Below are positions 8,916 to 18,860 of a stretch of DNA of 64,000 nucleotides, one piece after another. Source of the DNA: Fibrobacteria bacterium (GTDB lineage Bacteria > Fibrobacterota > Fibrobacteria > UBA11236). Below the pieces are notes generated by a model. That model saw nothing but the letters and a program-made list of their open reading frames with translations. It did not search any database and was not told the origin of the DNA. Location: contig JAYTSD010000046.1 of assembly GCA_043745805.1 (NCBI GenBank), positions 32,001 to 96,000 of the forward strand, given 5' to 3'. How positions within the stretch are numbered: position 1 is the stretch's first letter; each line of letters begins with the position of its first letter. A program made the translations under genes and the position numbers.

Positions 8916-9803
8916 ATGGAATTAAGCCACTTAGACATTCTTGAAAATCAAAGCGTATTTATTTTACGCGAGGCATATGCCAATTTTAAAAACCTAGCCA
9001 TGCTATGGTCGATTGGAAAAGACAGCACGGTTTTGCTGTGGTTGGCCCGCAAAGCTTTTTTTGGTCATGTGCCAATTAGCTTAGTGCATATTGATACGGC
9101 CTATAAAATTCCTGAAATGATTACCTATCGCGATAAGCTCGCTTTGGAATGGCATCTCACCATGATTTATGGTCAAAATGCGGAAGCGCTTAAAAATAAA
9201 GAAACTTATCCAGACGGAAAAGTAAGTCGTTTGCAATGTTGCAAAAATTTAAAGTCCGATGCTTTGAAAAATACTTTGTCAGGTGAATGGCCGCGTTATC
9301 GTTTGAATTTACAAACCGGTAAATATGATTTGGATACCAACCGTGAACCCTATACTGGTGTGATTGTAGGCGCACGCGCCGACGAAGAGGGCTCGCGTTC
9401 CAAAGAACGTTATTTTTCGCCTCGCGATAAAAACAATGAATGGGATGTGGGCGATCAACCTCCTGAATTGTGGAATCAATTTAAAACCGATTTCGCACCT
9501 GGTACTCATATACGCGTACATCCACTTTTAGATTGGACCGAATTAAATATTTGGGAATATATTCAACGCGAAAACATCCCAATTACCGACTTGTATTTTG
9601 ACCAAGGAAAAGGTAAACGTTACCGTTCACTGGGATGTTACCCTTGTACAACGCCCGTGGAATCTACGGCAACCAGTGTAGAGGAAATTGTAGCCGAATT
9701 AAAAACCGGCAAGTTCGCTAATATTGCCGAACGTGCAGGACGTGAACAAGATAAAGAAGATGGCGGAGGTTTAGAAACCTTACGTCGCGATGGGTACATG
9801 TAA
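8916..9803 (+). CDS. cysD: Sulfate adenylyltransferase subunit 2
   Basis: [55 protein letters not shown]. Confidence 0.96.
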   Translation: MELSHLDILENQSVFILREAYANFKNLAMLWSIGKDSTVLLWLARKAFFGHVPISLVHIDTAYKIPEMITYRDKLALEWHLTMIYGQNAEALKNKETYPDGKVSRLQCCKNLKSDALKNTLSGEWPRYRLNLQTGKYDLDTNREPYTGVIVGARADEEGSRSKERYFSPRDKNNEWDVGDQPPELWNQFKTDFAPGTHIRVHPLLDWTELNIWEYIQRENIPITDLYFDQGKGKRYRSLGCYPCTTPVESTATSVEEIVAELKTGKFANIAERAGREQDKEDGGGLETLRRDGYM

Positions 9804-11617
9804 TGGAATCAAAGACTATGAGTACAATGCGCGAACAAATGAATATTGTGATTGTGGGCCATGTGGATCACGGTAAAAGTACGGTGATTGGACGCTTATT
9901 AGCGGATTCGGGATCCTTGCCCGATGGCAAATTGGAATCAGTGCGCGCTTTTTGCGCGAAGAATTCCCGTCCTTTTGAATATGCTTTTTTATTAGATGCT
10001 TTAAAGGATGAACAGGCACAGGGTATCACCATTGATACCGCCAGAACTTTTTTTAAATCCGCTAAACGCGACTATATTATTATTGATGCCCCTGGCCATA
10101 TTGAATTTTTAAAAAACATGGTTACCGGTGCAGCACGCGCGGAGTCAGCTCTTTTGGTAATTGACGCCAAAGAAGGGATTCGCGAAAATAGCAAGCGTCA
10201 TGGTTATTTATTGTCCATGTTGGGGATTAAACAAATTACCGTTGTAGTGAACAAAATGGATTTGGTGAATTATTCCCAAGCAGTGTTTGAAACCATTCAA
10301 AGGGATTATACCGATTTTCTAAAACGCATAGAAGTTATCCCTAAATCTTTTATTCCCATTGCGGCTTTTCATGGCGAAAATATGGTGAAGGCTTCGGATA
10401 AAATGCCTTGGTATCATGGCGAAAATGTTTTGTCTTCGCTTGATCAGTTTACCAAAACGCCTCCCAAATCGAATTTACCATTTCGCATGCCGATTCAAGA
10501 TGTGTATAAATTCACCGCCAAAGGCGATGATAGACGTATTGTAGCTGGTCGCGTGGAATCAGGATCGCTCAATGTAGGCGATGAAGTTTTGTTTTTGCCT
10601 TCCAATAAACGCAGTCGCGTAACTTCCATTGAAGGCTTTCATGCGGCAGACCGCCAAAGCATTGATGCGGGCTGGTCTACAGGTTTTACCTTAGCCGAAC
10701 AGATTTATATTCTGCGTGGCGAACTTATGGTGAAAGCCAATGAATTACATGCGGAAGTATCAAAACATATTCGTGTGAATCTTTTTTGGATGGGCAAAAA
10801 GCCTATGGAAAAAGGCAAATCCTACTCCTTAAAATTAGGCACGGCCAAAGTGTCGGTGCGCTTAAAAGAAATTCGTTATGTGATAGATGCGGCGGAAAGT
10901 TTAGACGCGCAGAATAAAGAAAGCATTGATAGGCATGCCGTAGCCGATTGTATTTTAGAGTTAAATAAAGCTTTGGCCTTCGATTTAATTGCTAATCATG
11001 AAGCCACCGGTCGTTTTGTGATTGTGGATCAATATGAAATTGCGGGCGGTGGAATTATTCGCGAATCCTTAGCGGATGAGCAAACAGAAATCCGTCATGA
11101 AGTGGCGCAGCGCGAAGATAAATTTGAGCGATCAAATATTATTCCGCAAAAACGTGCCGAGCGTTTGAATCAAAGAGCCACCTTAGTTTTGGTTACGGGT
11201 GAAGAAAATACCGATCGAAAAGGCGTGGGCAAGGCTTTGGAAGAACGCTTATTCGAAATGGGCCGTTATGTGTATTATGTCGGCATGGCCAACTTGCTGT
11301 ATTCGGTGGATGCCGATTTAAAAGATAAAGTTGCTAATCGCCAAGAGCATATTCGGCGTTTAGGCGAACTGGCCTATTTAATGCTCGATGCAGGAATGAT
11401 TTTAATTGTGAGTGCCCGTGACATGGAAGTTACGGATTTGCAAATGCTAGAAACCATTATTGCACCGCATGCTTTGGTAACCGTTTGTTTGGGTGGTTGT
11501 CGCTTGGATATGGCGCAAGATTCCATTTTGTATTGCCCTAAAGGCACAGCAACAAATGGAGTAGTGGCGCAAGTGGTCGGTAAATTACAGGAACGCAAAG
11601 ATATTTTAAGTTTTTAA
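9803..11617 (+). CDS. cysN: Sulfate adenylyltransferase subunit 1 (GTPase) fused to a degenerate APS-kinase-like domain
   Basis: [28 protein letters not shown]-terminal domain aligns to CysC but lacks the P-loop. Confidence 0.93.
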   Translation: MESKTMSTMREQMNIVIVGHVDHGKSTVIGRLLADSGSLPDGKLESVRAFCAKNSRPFEYAFLLDALKDEQAQGITIDTARTFFKSAKRDYIIIDAPGHIEFLKNMVTGAARAESALLVIDAKEGIRENSKRHGYLLSMLGIKQITVVVNKMDLVNYSQAVFETIQRDYTDFLKRIEVIPKSFIPIAAFHGENMVKASDKMPWYHGENVLSSLDQFTKTPPKSNLPFRMPIQDVYKFTAKGDDRRIVAGRVESGSLNVGDEVLFLPSNKRSRVTSIEGFHAADRQSIDAGWSTGFTLAEQIYILRGELMVKANELHAEVSKHIRVNLFWMGKKPMEKGKSYSLKLGTAKVSVRLKEIRYVIDAAESLDAQNKESIDRHAVADCILELNKALAFDLIANHEATGRFVIVDQYEIAGGGIIRESLADEQTEIRHEVAQREDKFERSNIIPQKRAERLNQRATLVLVTGEENTDRKGVGKALEERLFEMGRYVYYVGMANLLYSVDADLKDKVANRQEHIRRLGELAYLMLDAGMILIVSARDMEVTDLQMLETIIAPHALVTVCLGGCRLDMAQDSILYCPKGTATNGVVAQVVGKLQERKDILSF

Positions 11618-11618
11618 G

Positions 11619-12215
11619 ATGAATAAATCTGAGCATATTGTTTGGCACACCACTAATGTGAAGCGCAGCGATCGTGAAAAATCTATGCAGCAAAATGGGG
11701 CTGTACTGTGGTTTACAGGTTTGTCTGGCAGCGGGAAATCTACCGTAGCAAATGCTTTAGAACAGCGCTTGCATTCCTTAGGCAAAGTCACCTATTTGTT
11801 AGACGGTGATAATGTACGTCATGGTTTAAATTCGGATTTAGGATTTTCGGTGGCAGACCGGCAAGAAAATATGCGCCGTATCGCACAGGTTTCCAAACTT
11901 TTTTGGGATGCGAATCTTATTACTTTAGTTTCATTCATTTCACCCTTTCGTCATGAGCGTCGCTTAGCACGCGATTTAATGGGAAAAGATTTCATCGAAA
12001 TTTTTGTGAATACACCTTTGGAAATCTGCGAGCAACGCGATCCTAAAGGTTTATATGTCAAAGCACGCAAAGGGGAAATTGCGGATTTCACAGGTTTAAC
12101 CTCTCCCTACGAAGCGCCAGAAAATCCAGAAATCACCCTGTATACCGAAAGGGAAAGCTTGGATGAATCCTCGGATAAAATTTTACTTTATTTAAAAAAT
12201 CAGGGTCATATTTAA
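11619..12215 (+). CDS. cysC: Adenylyl-sulfate kinase
   Basis: [43 protein letters not shown]. Confidence 0.97.
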   Translation: MNKSEHIVWHTTNVKRSDREKSMQQNGAVLWFTGLSGSGKSTVANALEQRLHSLGKVTYLLDGDNVRHGLNSDLGFSVADRQENMRRIAQVSKLFWDANLITLVSFISPFRHERRLARDLMGKDFIEIFVNTPLEICEQRDPKGLYVKARKGEIADFTGLTSPYEAPENPEITLYTERESLDESSDKILLYLKNQGHI

Positions 12216-12228
12216 ACTTTTTCATCCC

Positions 12229-12262
12229 AAGCAGGCTTCATGAGCTTGCTTAAATATTTTTT
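12229..12262 (+). terminator. Probable terminator after cysC
   Basis: AAGCAGGCT-tcatg-AGCTTGCTT hairpin followed by an AT-rich tail. Confidence 0.5.
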
Positions 12263-12304
12263 GCAGTCCTAAATCCTTTGTAAATTTTTAAATAATCCTT
12301 GCTA

Positions 12305-12320
12305 TGTGACGGGGATCACT
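12305..12320. promoter_or_regulatory. CRP/FNR-family-like site TGTGA-N6-TCACT
   Basis: One mismatch to TGTGA-N6-TCACA, intergenic. Confidence 0.35.
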
Positions 12321-12428
12321 GATAATTGATCTCCATGCCTTTATTTTTAATTCATGTTTAAATCATGGACTAAAAATTCAAACCCAACTCTCATTTTAAT
12401 TCGAACTCCTCCTACAATTTCAAATAAA

Positions 12429-13289
12429 ATGCCAAGAAATTTATTATTGAGCTGCATTTGTTTTTTAACCCTATTTCCCACTATCACAGGCGCGCAATTA
12501 ATTCTCAGTGAAGCTATGGGCGATCCTTCACAGGTTACTGACACTAAGGGAGAGTATTTTGAATTAAGCAATATTGGATTTACTACGATAATTGAGAATA
12601 ATTTAAAAATCGTTGTGAATGACGACACTTTAAGATTGGGCGCGGTTAAACTAGAACGCCAAGCCTATTTTTTGATTTGCGTGGACTCTAATTATTTGGA
12701 AAATGGAGGACTACTTTGCAATAGGGAATGGAAAAATTTTAGTTTCCCTAATTCACGCAATACCGAATTGCATTTGTGGGGAAAGGATTCAACCAACTAT
12801 GTCTTACCCAGTCCGCAAGGGGGAAAAAGCTGGGAAAATAAAAACGAACGCGAAAATAATTATTCCACTTTTAAATTAAGTACCATGCATTTTGGATTGG
12901 ATTATGGAACTCCTGGAGGTATTAATAGCCAAGCGCTTATTTCACCCCTGGTTGATTCTCTGCCCAATTCCTCACCATCCCATTTTTCGGTATCGTCGCC
13001 GAGTTGGGAAATCTCTTCACGGATTTTGGATATTGAGGCCACCGATAAACCTTTAACGATAAGTATTAATGCAGACGTTACCCAAGTTTTTTCTTTACAG
13101 GTTTTTGATTTGTCGGGAAACAACTTATTTAACCTTTGTGTAACTTGTCAGGGATCACAAGTTTTCTCATGGATGGGCGAGGATGCGTCGAATAATATTT
13201 TACCCGTTGGACCCTATATTTTGGGATTTAAAATTAAAGGTCATGCACTGCACAAAAAAACTATAGTGCTTGCGAAGTCACGATCATGA
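12429..13289 (+). CDS. Secreted lamin-tail-domain-like protein with a C-terminal FlgD-Ig/T9SS-CTD-like module
   Basis: Signal peptide; LILSEAMGDP..GEYFELSN..GTPG (LTD-like); VFDLSGN..WMGEDASNNILPVGPYIL; track start 12354. Confidence 0.65.
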   Translation: MPRNLLLSCICFLTLFPTITGAQLILSEAMGDPSQVTDTKGEYFELSNIGFTTIIENNLKIVVNDDTLRLGAVKLERQAYFLICVDSNYLENGGLLCNREWKNFSFPNSRNTELHLWGKDSTNYVLPSPQGGKSWENKNERENNYSTFKLSTMHFGLDYGTPGGINSQALISPLVDSLPNSSPSHFSVSSPSWEISSRILDIEATDKPLTISINADVTQVFSLQVFDLSGNNLFNLCVTCQGSQVFSWMGEDASNNILPVGPYILGFKIKGHALHKKTIVLAKSRS

Positions 13290-14110
13290 AAGGAATAAGT
13301 TTCCTTCATTTGCTGTGGATTTGTTTTAGTTCAAGCTGGGCTTTGTTTTCCAATTCCATTTTCGAGGGTAACTATGCGGCTACGGGAGGTGCTGGTGCAG
13401 CGACGGGACAGCAAAGATTTGCTAATGTACAAAATCCTGCTGCCTTTGAGGTGGAGCATATGGGGCTGCAATTCGATTATGCACATCCTTATGGTTTGCT
13501 AGATGTTACGGAGTTAGGTGCGGGTTTTTTTCGTGACGGTGTAAGATTAGGTTTCGGTTTCCATTATCAGCAATTAAATGCGACGGATATTTATTTTGAA
13601 CATAAAGCTGCTATGCAAATGTCTTGGCATTTCCTCTCTAACGTAAATATTGGATTTAGTGGTGGCATTTTAAAAATGGAAACTGTTGGATTTGCAGGGC
13701 AAACTTCATGGAGTAGTGGACAAGGATTACTATGGAGTCCCTTACCTGCTTTGACGGCGGGCGTTTATCTGCACAGTATTTTTACGGAGCAGGGAACATT
13801 AATCCCAGCCTATAATTTGGGATTGGCTTTACATGGTCTTGGTTTAAAAAATCATCAAGCCGTACAACATCATTTGTTTTTGGATTGGAAATATTCCCAA
13901 GATAAGCGTGGATCTTTTTTATTAGGTCAATCCTTAAATTTATTTTCTTGCTTAGAAATCAATGCCGGCTTGGCTGAAAACCCTTTTCAATTTTCCATGG
14001 GCCTAGCATTACATTTCGATCATTATCGTGTACAGCAAGCATGGCGCACGCATAGTGATTTGGGAACCACCCATTATTCTGGTTTGGGATTGGATTTTAA
14101 ATCACACTAA
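13286..14110 (+). CDS. Putative outer-membrane beta-barrel, PorV/PorP-like
   Basis: Signal peptide, ATGGAGAA..QNPAA motif, alternating amphipathic strands; ATGA overlap with the upstream gene. Confidence 0.5.
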   Translation: MKGISFLHLLWICFSSSWALFSNSIFEGNYAATGGAGAATGQQRFANVQNPAAFEVEHMGLQFDYAHPYGLLDVTELGAGFFRDGVRLGFGFHYQQLNATDIYFEHKAAMQMSWHFLSNVNIGFSGGILKMETVGFAGQTSWSSGQGLLWSPLPALTAGVYLHSIFTEQGTLIPAYNLGLALHGLGLKNHQAVQHHLFLDWKYSQDKRGSFLLGQSLNLFSCLEINAGLAENPFQFSMGLALHFDHYRVQQAWRTHSDLGTTHYSGLGLDFKSH

Positions 14111-14165
14111 GCTTAACTTGACTTTGCTTTCTAATAGGGGGAGAATTAGAGAAATTAGAGTTAAT

Positions 14166-15359
14166 ATGATTCAGCTTAGCTTAAATGAAGTCAAGGCCGG
14201 TATGGTATTGGCACGATCTTTAGTCAATGAAAATGGCGATTTGCTATTAGCATCGGGATTTGTGATCAATGATCGTATTATCACGAAAATGCATGAGATT
14301 CAATTATCAGGATGTTGGATTTATGAAGAAGGAACAGAATCCATTGTTCCTGAAGAAATGGTTAATGAACAATTAGTTTTGCAAACTAGCGGAATACTTC
14401 GAGAAAATGGCGACTTACTACAAAAAGTTTTAGAAATAAAAGACTTTACCTTAGATAATATCAATAAAAAAATGAGCGAAACATCTAGGTTTCGTAACAT
14501 TGTGGCTACGGAGAAAATTCGCAAGCAAGTTCAAGATATAATGGAAAGTTTATTACATCGCGAAGAAGCCATTATTAATGTGAATTCATTACGTACCAAA
14601 AGTGGATATTTGTATCAGCACGCTTTAGATGTAACCATCACTGCTATTTTACTGGCTTGCAAGCTGAGTTTTACTTTGAAAGAAATTGAAGAATTAGCCA
14701 TGGGCTGTCTACTCATGGATTTGGGACAAGTGATTATTGCAGATAAAATTTTCACAAAAGGGGTTGCCTTAACGGAAGACGATTTATTGCTGATGAAGGA
14801 ACATCCTTCTTATGGGTATGCGATTTTACGTGAGAATGAAAAAATTAGTTTAAGTATTGCGCATGTCGCTTATCAGCATCATGAAAGGCAAGATGGCAAT
14901 GGTTTTCCAAGACATTTAAAGGGAGATAATTCTTTACCGATTAAAACCTTAAATGCAGATAAAGGACGAATTCATCGCTATGCTGAAGTGGCCAGTGTAG
15001 CCGACATGTATATTTCACTAATTATGCCACGTCCCAATACTATTCAACCGCGAACTCCCGATGAAGCGATGCGTATTTTAATCATGGCAGCGGGAACTCA
15101 TCTCAATCGTAGTATAGTCGATAAATTAGTGACCATGATCCCCATTTTTCCCATTGGTTCCCGAGTGGTTATTGTAGAAGATAAAAATAAGGGCTTATTA
15201 ACTGGTTTTTCGGGAGTGGTCGCTAAAACCTATAAGGATTTTCCGGAAAGACCTATGGTGGTGCTAATTTTCGATCGTGAAAAGAAAAAAATAAAGCCTA
15301 TGACAGTAAATTTGGCGGAAGAAAAAGGTTTACGTGTTCAATTCGCAAGGTTGCAGTAA
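14166..15359 (+). CDS. HD-GYP domain protein with degenerate HD motif
   Basis: KAGMVLARS N-terminus, YQHALDV, LLMDLGQ, EHPSYG, QHHERQDGNGFP, VADMY; track start 14028. Confidence 0.85.
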   Translation: MIQLSLNEVKAGMVLARSLVNENGDLLLASGFVINDRIITKMHEIQLSGCWIYEEGTESIVPEEMVNEQLVLQTSGILRENGDLLQKVLEIKDFTLDNINKKMSETSRFRNIVATEKIRKQVQDIMESLLHREEAIINVNSLRTKSGYLYQHALDVTITAILLACKLSFTLKEIEELAMGCLLMDLGQVIIADKIFTKGVALTEDDLLLMKEHPSYGYAILRENEKISLSIAHVAYQHHERQDGNGFPRHLKGDNSLPIKTLNADKGRIHRYAEVASVADMYISLIMPRPNTIQPRTPDEAMRILIMAAGTHLNRSIVDKLVTMIPIFPIGSRVVIVEDKNKGLLTGFSGVVAKTYKDFPERPMVVLIFDREKKKIKPMTVNLAEEKGLRVQFARLQ

Positions 15360-15388
15360 ATACTTAAAGTGAGAGTTATATTTTTGTT

Positions 15389-16306
15389 ATGCCTGAGCAA
15401 GGAATAGTCCCCATTTCATGGAAACAGGGTATTGACTTTTTTCTCAATACGCTTCGAGATCGTCGTGGATATTCGCCGCATACATTGGAAGCCTATGCTC
15501 ATGATTTAAATACTCTGCAAACATGGTTGGAAAATAAAACCCCTTCACTCACTTTGCAGGATATGGATAAAAAAACTTTGCAGCAATTTTTGTTAAACAC
15601 ACAAAAAAAATTATCTCCCGCGACGCAAGCGCGACATATTGCTTGTCTTAAAAGTTTTGGTAAAGTTATGGCGAGTGAACATTTTATCGAACGTAATCCC
15701 AGTATCGGTTTGCGCTTTCCCAGACGAGAGAATAAATTATTTCATGTTGCGGGCGAGCAATTTTTAGAAGAGGCATTATTGCCCATCACCGCTTCCGAAG
15801 AGGCTTTTATTCAGTTGCGCACACGCTTTTGTTTAGAAATTTTTTATGGATCGGGTTTACGCTTAAGTGAATTAATGCGTATGCAATGGAGTGATATTCC
15901 TTCCACCGCACAGGAAATTAAAGTTTTAGGTAAAGGCAATAAATATCGCACCGTACCGCTTACAGAAACGGCACAAAATTGTTTAACAGAATATCGTCAA
16001 AGTTGTCAGGCCTTAGGTTTTGGGATAAGCGGCGCTTTGATTGTATCGGGTCGCGGTAAGCCTTTAAATGCACGTAGCGTACAAAAAAATATTACTGATT
16101 TTTTACAAAAGTTGGGACGTAGAGGAAAATCTTCCCCGCATATTTTGCGGCATTCCTTTGCTACGCATTTATTGGATCATGGTGCCGATTTATTAGCCGT
16201 AAAAGAATTGTTGGGACATGCCTCTTTGTCTACCACACAAAAATACACGCATGTTTCTGTAAAGAAACTTAAGGAAGCATATACCTTAGCCCATCCACGG
16301 GCATAA
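15389..16306 (+). CDS. xerC: Tyrosine recombinase XerC-like
   Basis: YSPHTLEAY, GSGLRLSEL, GKGNKYR, PHILRHSFATHLL, LLGHASLSTTQKYTHV, AHPRA. Confidence 0.88.
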   Translation: MPEQGIVPISWKQGIDFFLNTLRDRRGYSPHTLEAYAHDLNTLQTWLENKTPSLTLQDMDKKTLQQFLLNTQKKLSPATQARHIACLKSFGKVMASEHFIERNPSIGLRFPRRENKLFHVAGEQFLEEALLPITASEEAFIQLRTRFCLEIFYGSGLRLSELMRMQWSDIPSTAQEIKVLGKGNKYRTVPLTETAQNCLTEYRQSCQALGFGISGALIVSGRGKPLNARSVQKNITDFLQKLGRRGKSSPHILRHSFATHLLDHGADLLAVKELLGHASLSTTQKYTHVSVKKLKEAYTLAHPRA

Positions 16307-16321
16307 GGAGCAGGAGTTACC

Positions 16322-18859
16322 ATGAATTCGGAAATGTTTCAAACGCTTTTATTAAGTACGCCAGACTTAGTTTATTTTAAAGATAAAGAAAGTCGTTACA
16401 CTTGGATTAATTTCGCCCAAGCAAAAATCTTAGGCTTGCAAGACCCTCAAGAGGCTTTGGGTAAAACCGACTTTGATTTTTTTTCGCATGAGTTAGCGGA
16501 AGTTTTTTTTGCGGATGAACAAGAAATTATGCATACAGGCCAATCCCATCGCGAAAGATTGGAAACGCATAAGGTACCTTCAGGTGGATTCCGTTGGATT
16601 CGATCGACCAAAATCCCGCTTTATGACAATAGTGGAAATGTAATGGGTACCGCCGGTATATCGCGCAATGTCACGGAGTATAAGTTAGCCGAGCAAGCCT
16701 TGCTACAAGAAAGCCGTAAGCTTTTAATACTGATGGATAACATTCCCGACCCTATTTATTTTAAAGATACGCAAGGCCGTTTCACATGGGTGAATAAAGC
16801 GATGGGAACCCTATTGAATAAAGGACAAAAAGAAGAGCTATTAGGCTTAACTGATTTTGATGTGTGGCCAGCTGACAGGGCACAAAATTCCTTTGAAGAT
16901 GAACAAGTGATTTTAAGTACGGGTAAATATTTAATTAATAAAGAAGAAAAAATTGAAGTCAGTGGAAAAGTTTTTTGGCTAAGTGCGACGAAAATTCCCC
17001 TTCGCGATCAAGATGGAAATATTATTGGTACTTGTGGTATTAGTAGAGATATGACTACGCGAATTCACGCCCAAGAGGCATATGCGCGCGAAAGTATGTT
17101 GCTCGATGCCTTAATGCGTAACATTCCCGACGCGATTTATTTTAAAGATGAGCAAAGCCGCTTTTTAAAGGTTAGCAAAGCGGTCCATTTGGAAGGAATA
17201 AAAACTCCCGAAGAAGCGGTAGGTAAAACGGATTTTGATTTTTTTACTAAAGAGCATGCACAGCAAGCCTTTGATGACGAACAAGAAATTATTCATCAAG
17301 GTAAATCCATCATCGACAAAGTGGAAAAAGAAACCTATAAGGATAAAAGTGATTGCTGGGTGTCTACGACTAAGGTTCCGGTGTATAATCTTGAAGGGAA
17401 CATTACCGGTATCGTGGGAATTTCGCGAGATGTAACCGAAAGAATGTTGGCACAGCATGCCTTACAAAAAGCCAAAGATGAATTGGAAGTGCGCGTGCAG
17501 GAGCGTACGGCGGCTTTGGTACAGGAAATTAAAGAGCATTTAAAAACCGAAAAAGCGCTGCGTGAAAATGAGAAAAAACTACAAACCGCTAATACTAATT
17601 TGCAAAGCCGTATTCAGCAGTTAAACTATTTAAATACTTCGGCTCAAAGTTTGGCGCACCATTCCCATAGAAAAGATTTGTTACCCGCAATACTTGGAGT
17701 ATTTACTCAATGTTTTCCCGGCTTGGAAGTATCCATTTGCGAAGAAGAAGCAGGTGCTTATATTTGTTCTGCGGCAACACAAAAATTAAATGGCATTGGA
17801 AATCGAGAATCCAATGCGACGGCATTACGGTTACTTAAAAAAGGTCCTATTCTATCGGTTTTACTTATTCCTGATCGCCAAGAAGATTTGCAGTTACGTT
17901 CCTTACATTGGCCCAATATGGAAGAGCATACGGTATTTTTGGCCTTACCACTTTTATTAGAAGATCGATGTTTAGCTATTGTGGAAATATTTGCCAAGCC
18001 CGATTTTTTAAATTGGTACCAACAAGAGCAAGTGATGATACATACCCTTGCTGCACAGGCTGCTATTAGCCTGAGCAATGCCAATAATTATTCGGAATTA
18101 GAAAAACGCGCACGTTTAGAAGGCGAATTGGAAGTGGCGCAAAAAATTCAAAGACGTTTCACTCCTCAATCGAAGCCATTAATTCCGCGAGTAAATGTAA
18201 AAGGCGTTTATTTTCCTGCTTATGAAGTCGGCGGAGATTATTTGGATTATTTTCAAACCGATGCAGGGCATTGGGTGATTGTCATTGCTGATGTAAGTGG
18301 TAAAGGCATTCCTGCTGCATTAGTGATGACTATGTTACGTAGCACTTTTCGCGCCGAAGCACGCTATGAAAATTCAGCAATGAAATTATTATGTGCGGTC
18401 AATGATTCTATGATTCAAGATTTAGATGACAAATCTTTTGTGACAGCACTTTGTTTGATTATAGATAAAGAAGGTCAGTCCATGACCTATGCGCGCGCGG
18501 GGCATCCGCCACTTTTATTTCGCTTAGCCAATGAAGGCGAACAGCCTAGCAGTATGAATCCTAAAGGCATTGCTTTGGGTATGGTGGAAGGAACGCAGTT
18601 TAGGACTTTATTGGAAGAAGTAACTATTCCCCTCAAGGCTGGGGATCGCTATTTAATTTACACGGATGGCTTATTAGAGGCCATGGATCCCGAACGTAAA
18701 ACCTATGGATTATCTCGGTTAAAATCCATGTTGGCTTTGGATGACGATAACGATCCAGAGATAATGCTGAAATTAATTTTGGACGATGTAAAAATGTTTA
18801 CCCGCAATGCACCCGTGCATGACGATTTAACCATTTTGGCTATGGATGTGGTGGGGTAA
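16322..18859 (+). CDS. PAS x3 - coiled coil - GAF - SpoIIE/RsbU-type PP2C phosphatase
   Basis: Three PD.[IV]YFKD..RF PAS/PAC repeats; VGGDYLDY, IADVSGKGIPAAL, AGHPP, YTDGLLEA, DDLT. Confidence 0.92.
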   Translation: MNSEMFQTLLLSTPDLVYFKDKESRYTWINFAQAKILGLQDPQEALGKTDFDFFSHELAEVFFADEQEIMHTGQSHRERLETHKVPSGGFRWIRSTKIPLYDNSGNVMGTAGISRNVTEYKLAEQALLQESRKLLILMDNIPDPIYFKDTQGRFTWVNKAMGTLLNKGQKEELLGLTDFDVWPADRAQNSFEDEQVILSTGKYLINKEEKIEVSGKVFWLSATKIPLRDQDGNIIGTCGISRDMTTRIHAQEAYARESMLLDALMRNIPDAIYFKDEQSRFLKVSKAVHLEGIKTPEEAVGKTDFDFFTKEHAQQAFDDEQEIIHQGKSIIDKVEKETYKDKSDCWVSTTKVPVYNLEGNITGIVGISRDVTERMLAQHALQKAKDELEVRVQERTAALVQEIKEHLKTEKALRENEKKLQTANTNLQSRIQQLNYLNTSAQSLAHHSHRKDLLPAILGVFTQCFPGLEVSICEEEAGAYICSAATQKLNGIGNRESNATALRLLKKGPILSVLLIPDRQEDLQLRSLHWPNMEEHTVFLALPLLLEDRCLAIVEIFAKPDFLNWYQQEQVMIHTLAAQAAISLSNANNYSELEKRARLEGELEVAQKIQRRFTPQSKPLIPRVNVKGVYFPAYEVGGDYLDYFQTDAGHWVIVIADVSGKGIPAALVMTMLRSTFRAEARYENSAMKLLCAVNDSMIQDLDDKSFVTALCLIIDKEGQSMTYARAGHPPLLFRLANEGEQPSSMNPKGIALGMVEGTQFRTLLEEVTIPLKAGDRYLIYTDGLLEAMDPERKTYGLSRLKSMLALDDDNDPEIMLKLILDDVKMFTRNAPVHDDLTILAMDVVG

Positions 18860-18860
18860 C

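Noticed and set aside
15389..16306. Prophage or island integrase
   Set aside because: XerC-type length and motifs, embedded among housekeeping genes, no att site or phage genes
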